From a virus (taxonomy: Duplodnaviria > Caudoviricetes), in the IMG/VR virus record IMGVR_UViG_3300032280_000442, positions 32,001-96,000 of that record: DNA of 64,000 nt. One strand, 5' to 3'. Shown here piece by piece: positions 37,768 to 45,959 of the stretch. Positions within the stretch are counted from its first letter, which is position 1. Each line of letters starts with the position of its first letter. A model generated the notes under the pieces. That model was not told the DNA's origin and did not search any database. It worked only from the letters and a program-made list of their open reading frames with translations. A program made the position numbers and the translations under genes.

Positions 37768-37829
37768 CCCCCAACTCCGAAATAAAAGGGGGAGGGGGGA
37801 TTGAGGACCGACCGGAGGGAGTTCGGGTT
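37768..37829 (+). repeat. repeat family R1, copy 3
   Basis: cccccaactccgaaataaaagggggaggggggattgaggaccgaccggagggagttcggg. Confidence 0.8.
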
Positions 37830-38718
37830 ATGTGAGGTTTGTCAACAATATACAAATCACCGGACAACTATAACTCTTTTCGCCGGTAGACTTATGGTCA
37901 TACACATAATCCACAACGCGGGGGTCATCAAAATTAATATCCCCAACAATCCCCTCAATACCATCCAACTCATACTTCCCATCAATATCAACAACAAACA
38001 ATCTCGGAACATTAGAAAACCGGGACTCATCACCATACATCATAAGATATCTACATACCTCATACGGATTCTCAATGGCAACATCCCTCCAATCATCACC
38101 GTACTCTTTCTTAAATTGGTTGGTAACACTTCTCGATACCTTTTGGTCAAACCCAATTCCATTTATATAGAAATCAATTCCCCCCCTATGAGAAAACGTG
38201 GGGATGACATCAATACTACTGTTGAATATCAAATACTCTATATAGTCATTCCTCAATGTGTTGAAGATTTTCAAATAAGTAAATTTCTCAATGTCATTCT
38301 TTACCTTATCCAATGAACTCTCAAATTTATCAACATCCCCAACAGAGGGGTATACCACATTCTTTACAAGATAGTCATCAAAGTTATTGGATACAAATGG
38401 AAAGTTGTAATCACCATAGGAATACTTATCCCTATAATACTTGAATAGTTCCTTAGCTCCCTGTCCCCTCTTATACTTGTCACTCAAGACAAACATATTT
38501 CTCAATACATCCCGACATACCTCATATTCCCAATGACTTACAATGTAATCAGTTACATCCCCAATCTTTGAAAGGTCCAAAACCTCAACTCCCTTACGAT
38601 TATTCTTAACGGGAAGATTCCACTCACCCTTCATATTCCATAGGAATAACTCCTGAGTGGTTTTCCCCCCAAGAATCAACTTAACCTGTTCTCTGTTTAT
38701 TTCGTATTTTATATTCAT
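37828..38718 (-). CDS. PD-(D/E)xK restriction-endonuclease-like protein
   Basis: E...F.....VIPT.....GIDFYI.G..FDQKVS; start MNIKY after TATCTTTG-N4. Confidence 0.55.
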   Translation of the reverse strand: MNIKYEINREQVKLILGGKTTQELFLWNMKGEWNLPVKNNRKGVEVLDLSKIGDVTDYIVSHWEYEVCRDVLRNMFVLSDKYKRGQGAKELFKYYRDKYSYGDYNFPFVSNNFDDYLVKNVVYPSVGDVDKFESSLDKVKNDIEKFTYLKIFNTLRNDYIEYLIFNSSIDVIPTFSHRGGIDFYINGIGFDQKVSRSVTNQFKKEYGDDWRDVAIENPYEVCRYLMMYGDESRFSNVPRLFVVDIDGKYELDGIEGIVGDINFDDPRVVDYVYDHKSTGEKSYSCPVICILLTNLT

Positions 38719-38746
38719 AGAACAAAGATAATACATTCCCCCGAAT

Positions 38747-38777
38747 TTCCCAAAAATTTTTCCAGAAATTTTTTTTC
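38747..38777. repeat. phased A/T-tract repeat (second copy 39193-39222)
   Basis: tttcccaaaaatttttt..agaaattttt occurs twice. Confidence 0.7.
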
Positions 38778-38843
38778 ACTATTTGACCCCCATATATATT
38801 AACCGGATATAAAAAAACCCCTCCGTTGAAGAGGGGGTCTTAA

Positions 38844-39143
38844 TTATAATGTTTCGATATACCACCGAATGTCCGGTCTTTGTTTTTTAAGTAACCTAAT
38901 CGTCTTCTCACATTCTTTCCTGTTGTCAAATACCTCAGGAAATTCACCATCACCCATTCTCCTTCTAAATTCCTTAGTATTTGGTACGGCAGAGAATCCA
39001 CCGTCACCCGTATAAATAAACATACCCTTTCCTCTTAAATGGTCAGCATCACCATAAATAACATACCCCGATTCAGATTCCATCAATACTCTCCTAATCA
39101 AATTAGTTAAATCCGATTCCGTTAATCTTATAACTTTTTTCAT
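38844..39143 (-). CDS. leader-bearing protein
   Basis: MKKVIRLTESDL...VLME. Confidence 0.7.
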   Translation of the reverse strand: MKKVIRLTESDLTNLIRRVLMESESGYVIYGDADHLRGKGMFIYTGDGGFSAVPNTKEFRRRMGDGEFPEVFDNRKECEKTIRLLKKQRPDIRWYIETL

Positions 39144-39239
39144 AATATACATTTATAAATAAATATATACACCCCATATATTGGGGGATTTTTTTCCCAA
39201 AAATTTTTTATAGAAATTTTTTCATCCATACTTTGTTTA

Positions 39240-39385
39240 AGGGATTATCCCCCTATATAGGAGAAAAAAGGGGGAAGGAGGGGAGGGGGGATACCCCCAC
39301 CGGTAGAGAGGGAGGGGTGTAGGGGGGAGATATGGGGGGTGGTGGAATAAAAAACCCCCCTGTAAAAGATAGGAGGGGAGGGTGT
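39240..39385 (+). other. purine/G-tract-rich non-coding segment
   Basis: about 10 runs of GGG or longer in 145 nt. Confidence 0.75.
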
Positions 39386-39451
39386 ATATTTGTTATATCC
39401 AAATAAAGTTATCAACCTGACAGGGTGACATATGTTAATAACTTCTGATAA

Positions 39452-39922
39452 CTATCTCATTAAGTATCCGTTCACCTTTAGTTGTACAGGATAGACATAG
39501 ACTTGATTATTAAATGATGATTCAGATTCGTAGTATAGTTTATATTGTTCGGGTAGGTATTCGTATACGGTCCCAAGTAGTTGTACCACATCTTGTTGTA
39601 GTTTATATCCGGGATGGTCATTGTAATCCCCATAGTCATATTCTCTATCGAACTTAAGGTAGGAGAACAATGTATATATCTTTTCGTATTTGGGGTTCTC
39701 CTCTACATATTGTTTCCAATAGGGATTAACCGGAACATCTGTATATTCAGATAGTTTGTTGAGGTCTATTATTAAATCAATGTAGTGAGTTGATACATAT
39801 TGGTCCGTTGTATCATCCATATATCCAATAACAAATGGGTATGTCTTATTGAGTCCTTTGACTGCCATCTCAATACCCTTTCTTTTGATTGGGGTTATAT
39901 CCTTTGGTGTTGTTTCTTTCAT
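39452..39922 (-). CDS. hypothetical protein
   Basis: TATTTAT-N4-ATG. Confidence 0.65.
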   Translation of the reverse strand: MKETTPKDITPIKRKGIEMAVKGLNKTYPFVIGYMDDTTDQYVSTHYIDLIIDLNKLSEYTDVPVNPYWKQYVEENPKYEKIYTLFSYLKFDREYDYGDYNDHPGYKLQQDVVQLLGTVYEYLPEQYKLYYESESSFNNQVYVYPVQLKVNGYLMR

Positions 39923-40253
39923 ACTAATAAATATATTGAAATAATGTTTGGTAGAGGTAAATTTATTTACCCGCCCGTTAGGAAGTCTAATTTATTATTC
40001 TTATCTTTGTATCACTGAATTGGTATAGAGCCCAACAGGGGGCGCGACGATGGGGTTGGAAGAGTAGACTCCACAGCGCTTTATATTTTTTTAATATAAA
40101 TCCCCCATCTTTACTGAGAATATAATAATTGACCCTACGTGGTTTTGAAAATTATTAGTAAAGAATCCCCCATTTATTTGAGAATGTCATAATTTATTTA
40201 TATATTTGTACTTTGACGGTGTTCATCACCGGTAACTATTGATATCTTAAACT

Positions 40254-40454
40254 ATGGAAGACTTTAAATCCGGATTTAATCCATTCTCATCTGAGAACAT
40301 AACTACGTTCCTAATTATATCTGTTATAATGGGGACACTACTTATATTGGTATTTGTAACTGAGAAGTTTATTATCCCCCGACTTAACCAAGAGAGTGGG
40401 TTTGTTAAGTTTTGGAAGAAACATATGATTAGTGTTAACCCCTTTGAGAAATAA
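40254..40454 (+). CDS. small membrane protein
   Basis: single TM; TATATTTG promoter near 40201. Confidence 0.5.
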   Translation: MEDFKSGFNPFSSENITTFLIISVIMGTLLILVFVTEKFIIPRLNQESGFVKFWKKHMISVNPFEK

Positions 40455-40707
40455 ACTCCTCCACATAGTGTAGGGAATGGTTTCGTATCTCCATATTTAA
40501 ATCCTTATAATCCCCCTCATTCAGTGGGGACTCTTCATTAATTACAGTTATGACCTTCCACATATCACATTTGATAAGTTGAAGGACATCCTGCTTGATT
40601 CTCTTCCCCATCCTCTGATAGGAATATACACATTCTCCTATACCATAATCTACGATATAGGTCTCACCTGACATACTGACAGTGGGGTTAAATGATTTTA
40701 GGTACAT
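40435..40707 (-). CDS. hypothetical protein
   Basis: ORF track; TATTTAT upstream. Confidence 0.45.
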   Translation of the reverse strand: MYLKSFNPTVSMSGETYIVDYGIGECVYSYQRMGKRIKQDVLQLIKCDMWKVITVINEESPLNEGDYKDLNMEIRNHSLHYVEEFISQRG

Positions 40708-41391
40708 AATTGTTCATAACTTTTTATAAATATAGTTATCAACAATCCACTTGTACACACTGTCAGGGGGAAATGTTAATAACTTTTTCTGTTAAAATTC
40801 TTGATTTTGACAAAATGTCAGTCACGTTCGTCGATGGGGATAATCCCTTTACCACTATTTCCCCCCACTTATGATACAGGATTTACCACTTTTTACCACC
40901 ATTTATATCTCCCAGCATAGTGAGAAGTCAATTTTTCCCCTCTGTAGGTACTCTCAGGACCAATTATTTTGGTATATACGTTTCCCAGTAAAAAATGTAA
41001 GTAATGGTATAGTAGGCGTGGGAACCGTTAGGTGTTAGGAAGATTACTTCAACGACCACTTTAGTGGGGTTTAATTGACCCCTAATGAACGAACTCAATC
41101 ATCTATATATGGGACACCATAGAGACACAAAACACCATTAAAAGTTATGTTTCGTATCAGTGTAGTCAGTTTAAAACTCACAAGAATGATACAAAAGATA
41201 ACTTATTAAAACATCCCGTTAAAGTTCAAAATATGGGAATGTTCATTGCAAATGAAAATACGACTACAAATGAACACCATACCGGATAACTAATCGTGTC
41301 TCTCATAAGTCCCACTCTGTACGGGGGGACAGAATGTCCCCAATATAAATGGGGGGAAATATTCGTATTTATCCGTATATATACGAATGAG

Positions 41392-41459
41392 AAAATAGTA
41401 AAGGATGAAACTATGAGTGAATTCCGGAACGGAGTGTAGGACTATGAACGAATAGTTTT
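41392..41459 (+). repeat. hairpin repeat family R2, copy 1 (copy 2 at 44124-44190)
   Basis: aaaatagt.aaggatgaaactatgagtgaattccgga[ac/gt]gga[gt/ac]gtaggactatgaacgaat.gttt. Confidence 0.85.
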
Positions 41460-41464
41460 ATCGT

Positions 41465-42049
41465 TTAGTATTTTTGTGTAATATATTGTGATATAAACTC
41501 TTTGATTACATCCCATTTTTCATCAGGTAATTCACTATACACAAAATAATCCCCGTGTAAATCTTCATCAACCAAACTAATTAGTTTATCTAAATATTTT
41601 TGTTTTGTTTCATAATATTCGGGATGTAAGTGTTTGATAAATTTGTTAATGGATTTATCTATTAGGTACGTTCTCCGTCTTATGTCATTTAAGTTCATTA
41701 AGAACGATGACTCTTCCCTTAATATTCTTCTTATGGATTCTTGTAAGTTCATATTTGTAAGTTCATCATACTTTTTAATTATTCTTTCCCCGAATATTTC
41801 TTGTATAAACTTATATAAACCTTCTTCCGGTATAGGTGAATCTTCCACCCACCCATCGGTTAATTGCACAAGTATTTCCTCAGTAATTGAACTCACAACA
41901 ATAACCATAAATTTATTCGATGACATATTGGCATAATGTTTGAAGTTCCTTGATTGATTATTTAATTTTTGGTTAAAAATACTCTCAAGTTCATCAATAC
42001 TATATCTTCTTAAGATATATCTCTTTATGTTATTCTTTTGTAAGTTCAT
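41465..42049 (-). CDS. fusion of two leader-bearing units
   Basis: MNLQKNNIKRYILRR plus an internal in-frame MNLQESIRRILREE at 41752. Confidence 0.65.
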   Translation of the reverse strand: MNLQKNNIKRYILRRYSIDELESIFNQKLNNQSRNFKHYANMSSNKFMVIVVSSITEEILVQLTDGWVEDSPIPEEGLYKFIQEIFGERIIKKYDELTNMNLQESIRRILREESSFLMNLNDIRRRTYLIDKSINKFIKHLHPEYYETKQKYLDKLISLVDEDLHGDYFVYSELPDEKWDVIKEFISQYITQKY

Positions 42050-42094
42050 ACTAATAAATATAAAAAAAGGGAGAATGTTACTTCCCCCTTTTTA

Positions 42095-42718
42095 TTATTT
42101 TCTTATGAATAAATTATCTCTTCTTACTTTCTTCATAGTAGATAGTGAATCTCCTTCTGTATCTCTGTATCCTAATGTAAGAACAACTGTGGACTTTAAT
42201 CCTAATTCTCTTAATCCTAATACCTCATCTACTTTATTAGGTAAGAATCCCTCCATTGGAGTAGAGTCTACTTCTTCGAGTGCTGAAGCAACTAATGAGA
42301 AACCTAATCCTATATACGCTTGTTTCTGTGCCCATATTGTTTTTTGTTCTTCATCCATATTAGATATTGTACCAATCATCATTCCTTTGAAATCCTCTAA
42401 TACATCTACAGGGATATTTCTTTTGGTAGCGATATCATTAATATAATTCTCCACCGCCCATTCGGTAATCTCGTCCCACACCGCGAATACCAATACAGCT
42501 GATGAATCCTTTAATTGAGTTTGCCCGTAACAAGCCGGTACTAACTTCTCTTTTAACTCTTGGTCCTCCACCACGATTACTTGGTAAGGTGTTAGTCCAT
42601 ATGAACTCGGAGCCAATCTTGTTGCCTCTAAAATTCTTTCTAATTTATCTTCCGGGATTTTCTCCCCATTCATTTTCTTGGTGGCATATCTCCACTCTAA
42701 CGATTCTAATAATTTCAT
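42095..42718 (-). CDS. nitroreductase family protein (NfsB-like)
   Basis: WRYATKK, LAPSSYGL.P, DSTPMEGF, LGYR. Confidence 0.92.
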   Translation of the reverse strand: MKLLESLEWRYATKKMNGEKIPEDKLERILEATRLAPSSYGLTPYQVIVVEDQELKEKLVPACYGQTQLKDSSAVLVFAVWDEITEWAVENYINDIATKRNIPVDVLEDFKGMMIGTISNMDEEQKTIWAQKQAYIGLGFSLVASALEEVDSTPMEGFLPNKVDEVLGLRELGLKSTVVLTLGYRDTEGDSLSTMKKVRRDNLFIRK

Positions 42719-42722
42719 AGTG

Positions 42723-42914
42723 TTATTTGTTTTTTGTTAGTTTTATTATATTTGTTTGAACATCTATGTTTTCTATATTCCATTTACCCTTTGGTAAAGG
42801 AAAATAAATTTCATCCCAATTACTACTATCGTTTGTGTCAGCAATTAATTTATTGCTAGTAGATATTCCCACATTCATATACCCTTTTGGTATTTTAATT
42901 ATTAATTCTTTCAT
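42723..42914 (-). CDS. hypothetical protein
   Basis: ORF upstream of nitroreductase. Confidence 0.5.
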   Translation of the reverse strand: MKELIIKIPKGYMNVGISTSNKLIADTNDSSNWDEIYFPLPKGKWNIENIDVQTNIIKLTKNK

Positions 42915-42952
42915 AGTATTATTGTTTGTAGTAATATAATAAATTTCCCCAC

Positions 42953-43273
42953 TTAATCAATAGGGAATTCTAATACCTTAGTAACCTCTTTGTCCCACCC
43001 TCTTAACTTATAACCTTTTTGTAAGTTATTAATCATAGTAATGGCTTTGTTTTCAGTATCAAACATAAGTGGATATGTTTCACAATCCCCATTATAACAT
43101 TGGATATCTGTTATATTATCCCATAGTTTCCACCATAGGAACTTTGTTTGACATTGTATGGTATAATGTTCTTTATTTATCTCCCCCTTTTCGTAGTGTG
43201 TATGTTTAACTACTCTATATATTTTTTTCATAACGTTAAATATATAAATGTTTATCTTCATAATCAACCCCAC
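42953..43273 (-). CDS. hypothetical protein
   Basis: YTIQ...KFLWW..W; real start probably MKKIY. Confidence 0.5.
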   Translation of the reverse strand: MGLIMKINIYIFNVMKKIYRVVKHTHYEKGEINKEHYTIQCQTKFLWWKLWDNITDIQCYNGDCETYPLMFDTENKAITMINNLQKGYKLRGWDKEVTKVLEFPID

Positions 43274-43316
43274 CTTTAATAAAAATGTTTTATCTTTGTT
43301 AGATATTTATATTGGT

Positions 43317-43751
43317 ATGAAAATAGTAATCACCGAAAATAAAATGTATAACCTTCTTAATAAATCCCTCGAACATTTGTTTGACGGGTTTAATGATGTC
43401 GATTATACTTGGGCCGACTTTAACTGTGGTTGGGGTGTATGTTGTGATATATATGCCGTTGGTTTTACACTTCCCGGTAGTGAACACGATGACTACCTAT
43501 TTAAACTAATTGATAGTGAGAACTATGATAATAACGGTGACTATGGTGAAGAACTTACCGGCGAGTTACCTGAGATATGTATGGAACATCCCGATATTAC
43601 CAACCCCCAATTTGATACCATTATCTTTTATGAACTATTTGTGGAAGAACTTGAGAATTACTTAGGACCAATACGTAATTGGGGTACTGAGTTGTTAGGT
43701 CTGTTAAACACTAAGTTCGGTATGAATGCTAAGAAAATAATATTCATATGA
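43317..43751 (+). CDS. leader-bearing acidic Cys-containing protein
   Basis: start moved to MKIVITENK; TATTTAT 6 nt upstream. Confidence 0.7.
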   Translation: MKIVITENKMYNLLNKSLEHLFDGFNDVDYTWADFNCGWGVCCDIYAVGFTLPGSEHDDYLFKLIDSENYDNNGDYGEELTGELPEICMEHPDITNPQFDTIIFYELFVEELENYLGPIRNWGTELLGLLNTKFGMNAKKIIFI

Positions 43752-44071
43752 GAATAATAATTACAGAGAATAAAAGAAACAAAGCCATAACCAAATGGTT
43801 AGATGAGAACTACGGTGACTTAGAAAAGTATTCTGCTCCGGGTAGTTTTAGATACATCGTCTACAGAGATAATAATGGTGGGAATGTTTTTAATTTTAAT
43901 CGTAACACCGGTATAGTTACAATAGTTAATGAAATTTTGTATCAAGATTTAAAACATATGTTTGGTCTTAACGGATATGAATTAAATGATATCTTTATTC
44001 CTTGGATTATGGAAAGATATAATGTACACGCTGAGAAAGTTCAATACGCCGAGTTTACCCACCTGTTTTAA
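43748..44071 (+). CDS. leader-bearing W(F/V) family protein
   Basis: MRIIITENKR; MFGL...FIPWIMERY. Confidence 0.7.
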   Translation: MRIIITENKRNKAITKWLDENYGDLEKYSAPGSFRYIVYRDNNGGNVFNFNRNTGIVTIVNEILYQDLKHMFGLNGYELNDIFIPWIMERYNVHAEKVQYAEFTHLF

Positions 44072-44123
44072 CCATATATTACACATTTCGGTAATATTCG
44101 TGATTATTACACATTTTGGTAAT

Positions 44124-44190
44124 AAAATAGTGAAGGATGAAACTATGAGTGAATTCCGGAGTGGAACGTAGGACTATGAACGAATGGTTT
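44124..44190 (+). repeat. hairpin repeat family R2, copy 2
   Basis: near-identical to 41392-41459. Confidence 0.85.
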
Positions 44191-44668
44191 AATCGTTGAC
44201 TATTTTACTTAACATTAAATGAAAAATCTTATCCACTATACTATGACTTAAATTTTCATATTTTATGTTAAAACTACCAAGATAAAAGTCATCATAATCA
44301 TAATCATAACCACTTATTTCTTTAGTATATCTTTCTACGACAATATATTCAGGTCTATAATATTCTATTAGTTGTTTTTCCTCGTAAGTTTCATCATACA
44401 CTATTGAACCTCCCCACGAAAATCCGGGACCACCAACCTCAACATCGTCATACTCTTCACAAAGTTTTGTTACAATATCTTTAATGAATTGAATCTTTTC
44501 TTCTTTGGTGAATTCATAATCCCCCATCATTTGTTTGAGTTTGTTATATCCCCCAAAATAACGAATGGTATCATATATACCCATATCGTTAATTAAGTTA
44601 GCAACTTTGTTCTCTTTGATAACCCCCATCATTTGGTGGATTCTATGTATGTTCTCTTGTAAGTTCAT
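44189..44668 (-). CDS. MNLQE-leader protein
   Basis: MNLQENIHRIHQMMGVIKE. Confidence 0.7.
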   Translation of the reverse strand: MNLQENIHRIHQMMGVIKENKVANLINDMGIYDTIRYFGGYNKLKQMMGDYEFTKEEKIQFIKDIVTKLCEEYDDVEVGGPGFSWGGSIVYDETYEEKQLIEYYRPEYIVVERYTKEISGYDYDYDDFYLGSFNIKYENLSHSIVDKIFHLMLSKIVND

Positions 44669-45132
44669 ATTGAATAAAATATATCATCCGGTCTGTTACT
44701 TTTAGTTGTTTTAATTCCGTTATTTAATAAAATTATTTTAACAAAACTCCCGCAATTCACAGCTCTTTTATTTTTAATATTACAAACAATTTCATTTGGA
44801 ACTTCAACTACCTTAGGTAATTTAACTTCATCGTAAAGACCTTGTTCTTTCGCATCCAATTTTGATTTTGACATATTAAATAATTCTTCAGTATCTTCAA
44901 ATCTATATTTAATTGGTGGTAAAGGTTTTACTCCGTCTTTAGTATATCTATGACCACTCATATCTTTCATAGTCCCATCTGTAAGAACAAATCCTATATG
45001 GTCATAATCCCAACCTTTTGGACAATATGGTGATTTCATAACAAATAAAGTATCAGATAAATCCTTATCTTTACTTTCTTTAATAATCCCCATCATTGAT
45101 TGGATTCTATGTATGTTCTCTTGTAAGTTCAT
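44665..45132 (-). CDS. MNLQE-leader permuted papain/NlpC-P60-like protein
   Basis: YDHIGFV (His) before NCGSFV (Cys). Confidence 0.55.
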   Translation of the reverse strand: MNLQENIHRIQSMMGIIKESKDKDLSDTLFVMKSPYCPKGWDYDHIGFVLTDGTMKDMSGHRYTKDGVKPLPPIKYRFEDTEELFNMSKSKLDAKEQGLYDEVKLPKVVEVPNEIVCNIKNKRAVNCGSFVKIILLNNGIKTTKSNRPDDIFYSI

Positions 45133-45133
45133 A

Positions 45134-45541
45134 TTAATTAATATGTTTGAATACTTTTCTAATGTGTTTCGGTAATGAATTTATTGGTATTACCTTTGCT
45201 TTGATTGTTTCTAATCCTTGTCTTGCAGCTTTCTGAGCTCTGTGGTGTCCGTCTATAATTGTTATGAATTTACCATCATCGTTAACAAAGATTAGTATTG
45301 GGTATTGTAAATCAGCACTTTCTATCTTTCTAACCTCATCTTCATCCCCATCCCACGATAGTAAATGTGGCTTTAATTCTTCTACTGAGATATTTTTTAC
45401 CGGAATGTTTTCTGTAGCATTTAATAAATCCATAAGGGTGATTTTATCCCCCTCATTATTTTGCCAAGATGTGTCGTGTAATCCTTCATTGATTACCCCC
45501 ATCATCTGTTTAATTCTATGTATGTTTTCTTGTAAGTTCAT
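45134..45541 (-). CDS. MNLQE-leader ParB/Srx N-terminal domain protein
   Basis: ADLQYPIL...IIDGHHR..KA. Confidence 0.75.
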   Translation of the reverse strand: MNLQENIHRIKQMMGVINEGLHDTSWQNNEGDKITLMDLLNATENIPVKNISVEELKPHLLSWDGDEDEVRKIESADLQYPILIFVNDDGKFITIIDGHHRAQKAARQGLETIKAKVIPINSLPKHIRKVFKHIN

Positions 45542-45542
45542 A

Positions 45543-45956
45543 TTAATAACTTTCTCCTGTCCCTTTATAAATTAGTTTAATACAATCCGATGGTATAGTG
45601 TTGAAAGTTACAATATGTTTTTGGTAGTCACCATCATCAAAATGTCTATCTTTATACCACTCAACCTCCGCACATTCCGTATCTATAATCCAAATGTCAT
45701 CATCATAGGTTGAATCAAACATATCTTCTTTTGTTACAGAATCTGTTGCGAATATGGCTTCTTTACAAGGAGTATCACCGCCAACAAATTGTCTATAACA
45801 ATCACCAACTGATGTTTGTAATCCCATTTGTTTTATGTCTTTCCTCCACATAGGATTTGATTTGTGAGCAACATATTTTCCCGGTTCGTATTTCATACCC
45901 GATGGAGAATATATCTCTTCATTCACAATTCGTATTATGGTGTTAATTAATTTCAT
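45543..45956 (-). CDS. leader-bearing ADP-ribosyltransferase/Tpt1-fold candidate
   Basis: HKS......I...GL, AIFAT, IW.ID, IP..CI. Confidence 0.5.
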   Translation of the reverse strand: MKLINTIIRIVNEEIYSPSGMKYEPGKYVAHKSNPMWRKDIKQMGLQTSVGDCYRQFVGGDTPCKEAIFATDSVTKEDMFDSTYDDDIWIIDTECAEVEWYKDRHFDDGDYQKHIVTFNTIPSDCIKLIYKGTGESY

Positions 45957-45959
45957 ATC

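Noticed and set aside
37801-38316. 171-aa plus-strand ORF
   Set aside because: TTG start inside repeat R1 and antisense to the nuclease-like gene
40010-40085. tRNA gene
   Set aside because: TGGTA resembles a D-loop, but there is no GTTCRA T-loop, acceptor stem or CCA
42723-42914. MKELII start as a type C leader
   Set aside because: Lacks the KKxLREE part and any [ILV]xE site nearby
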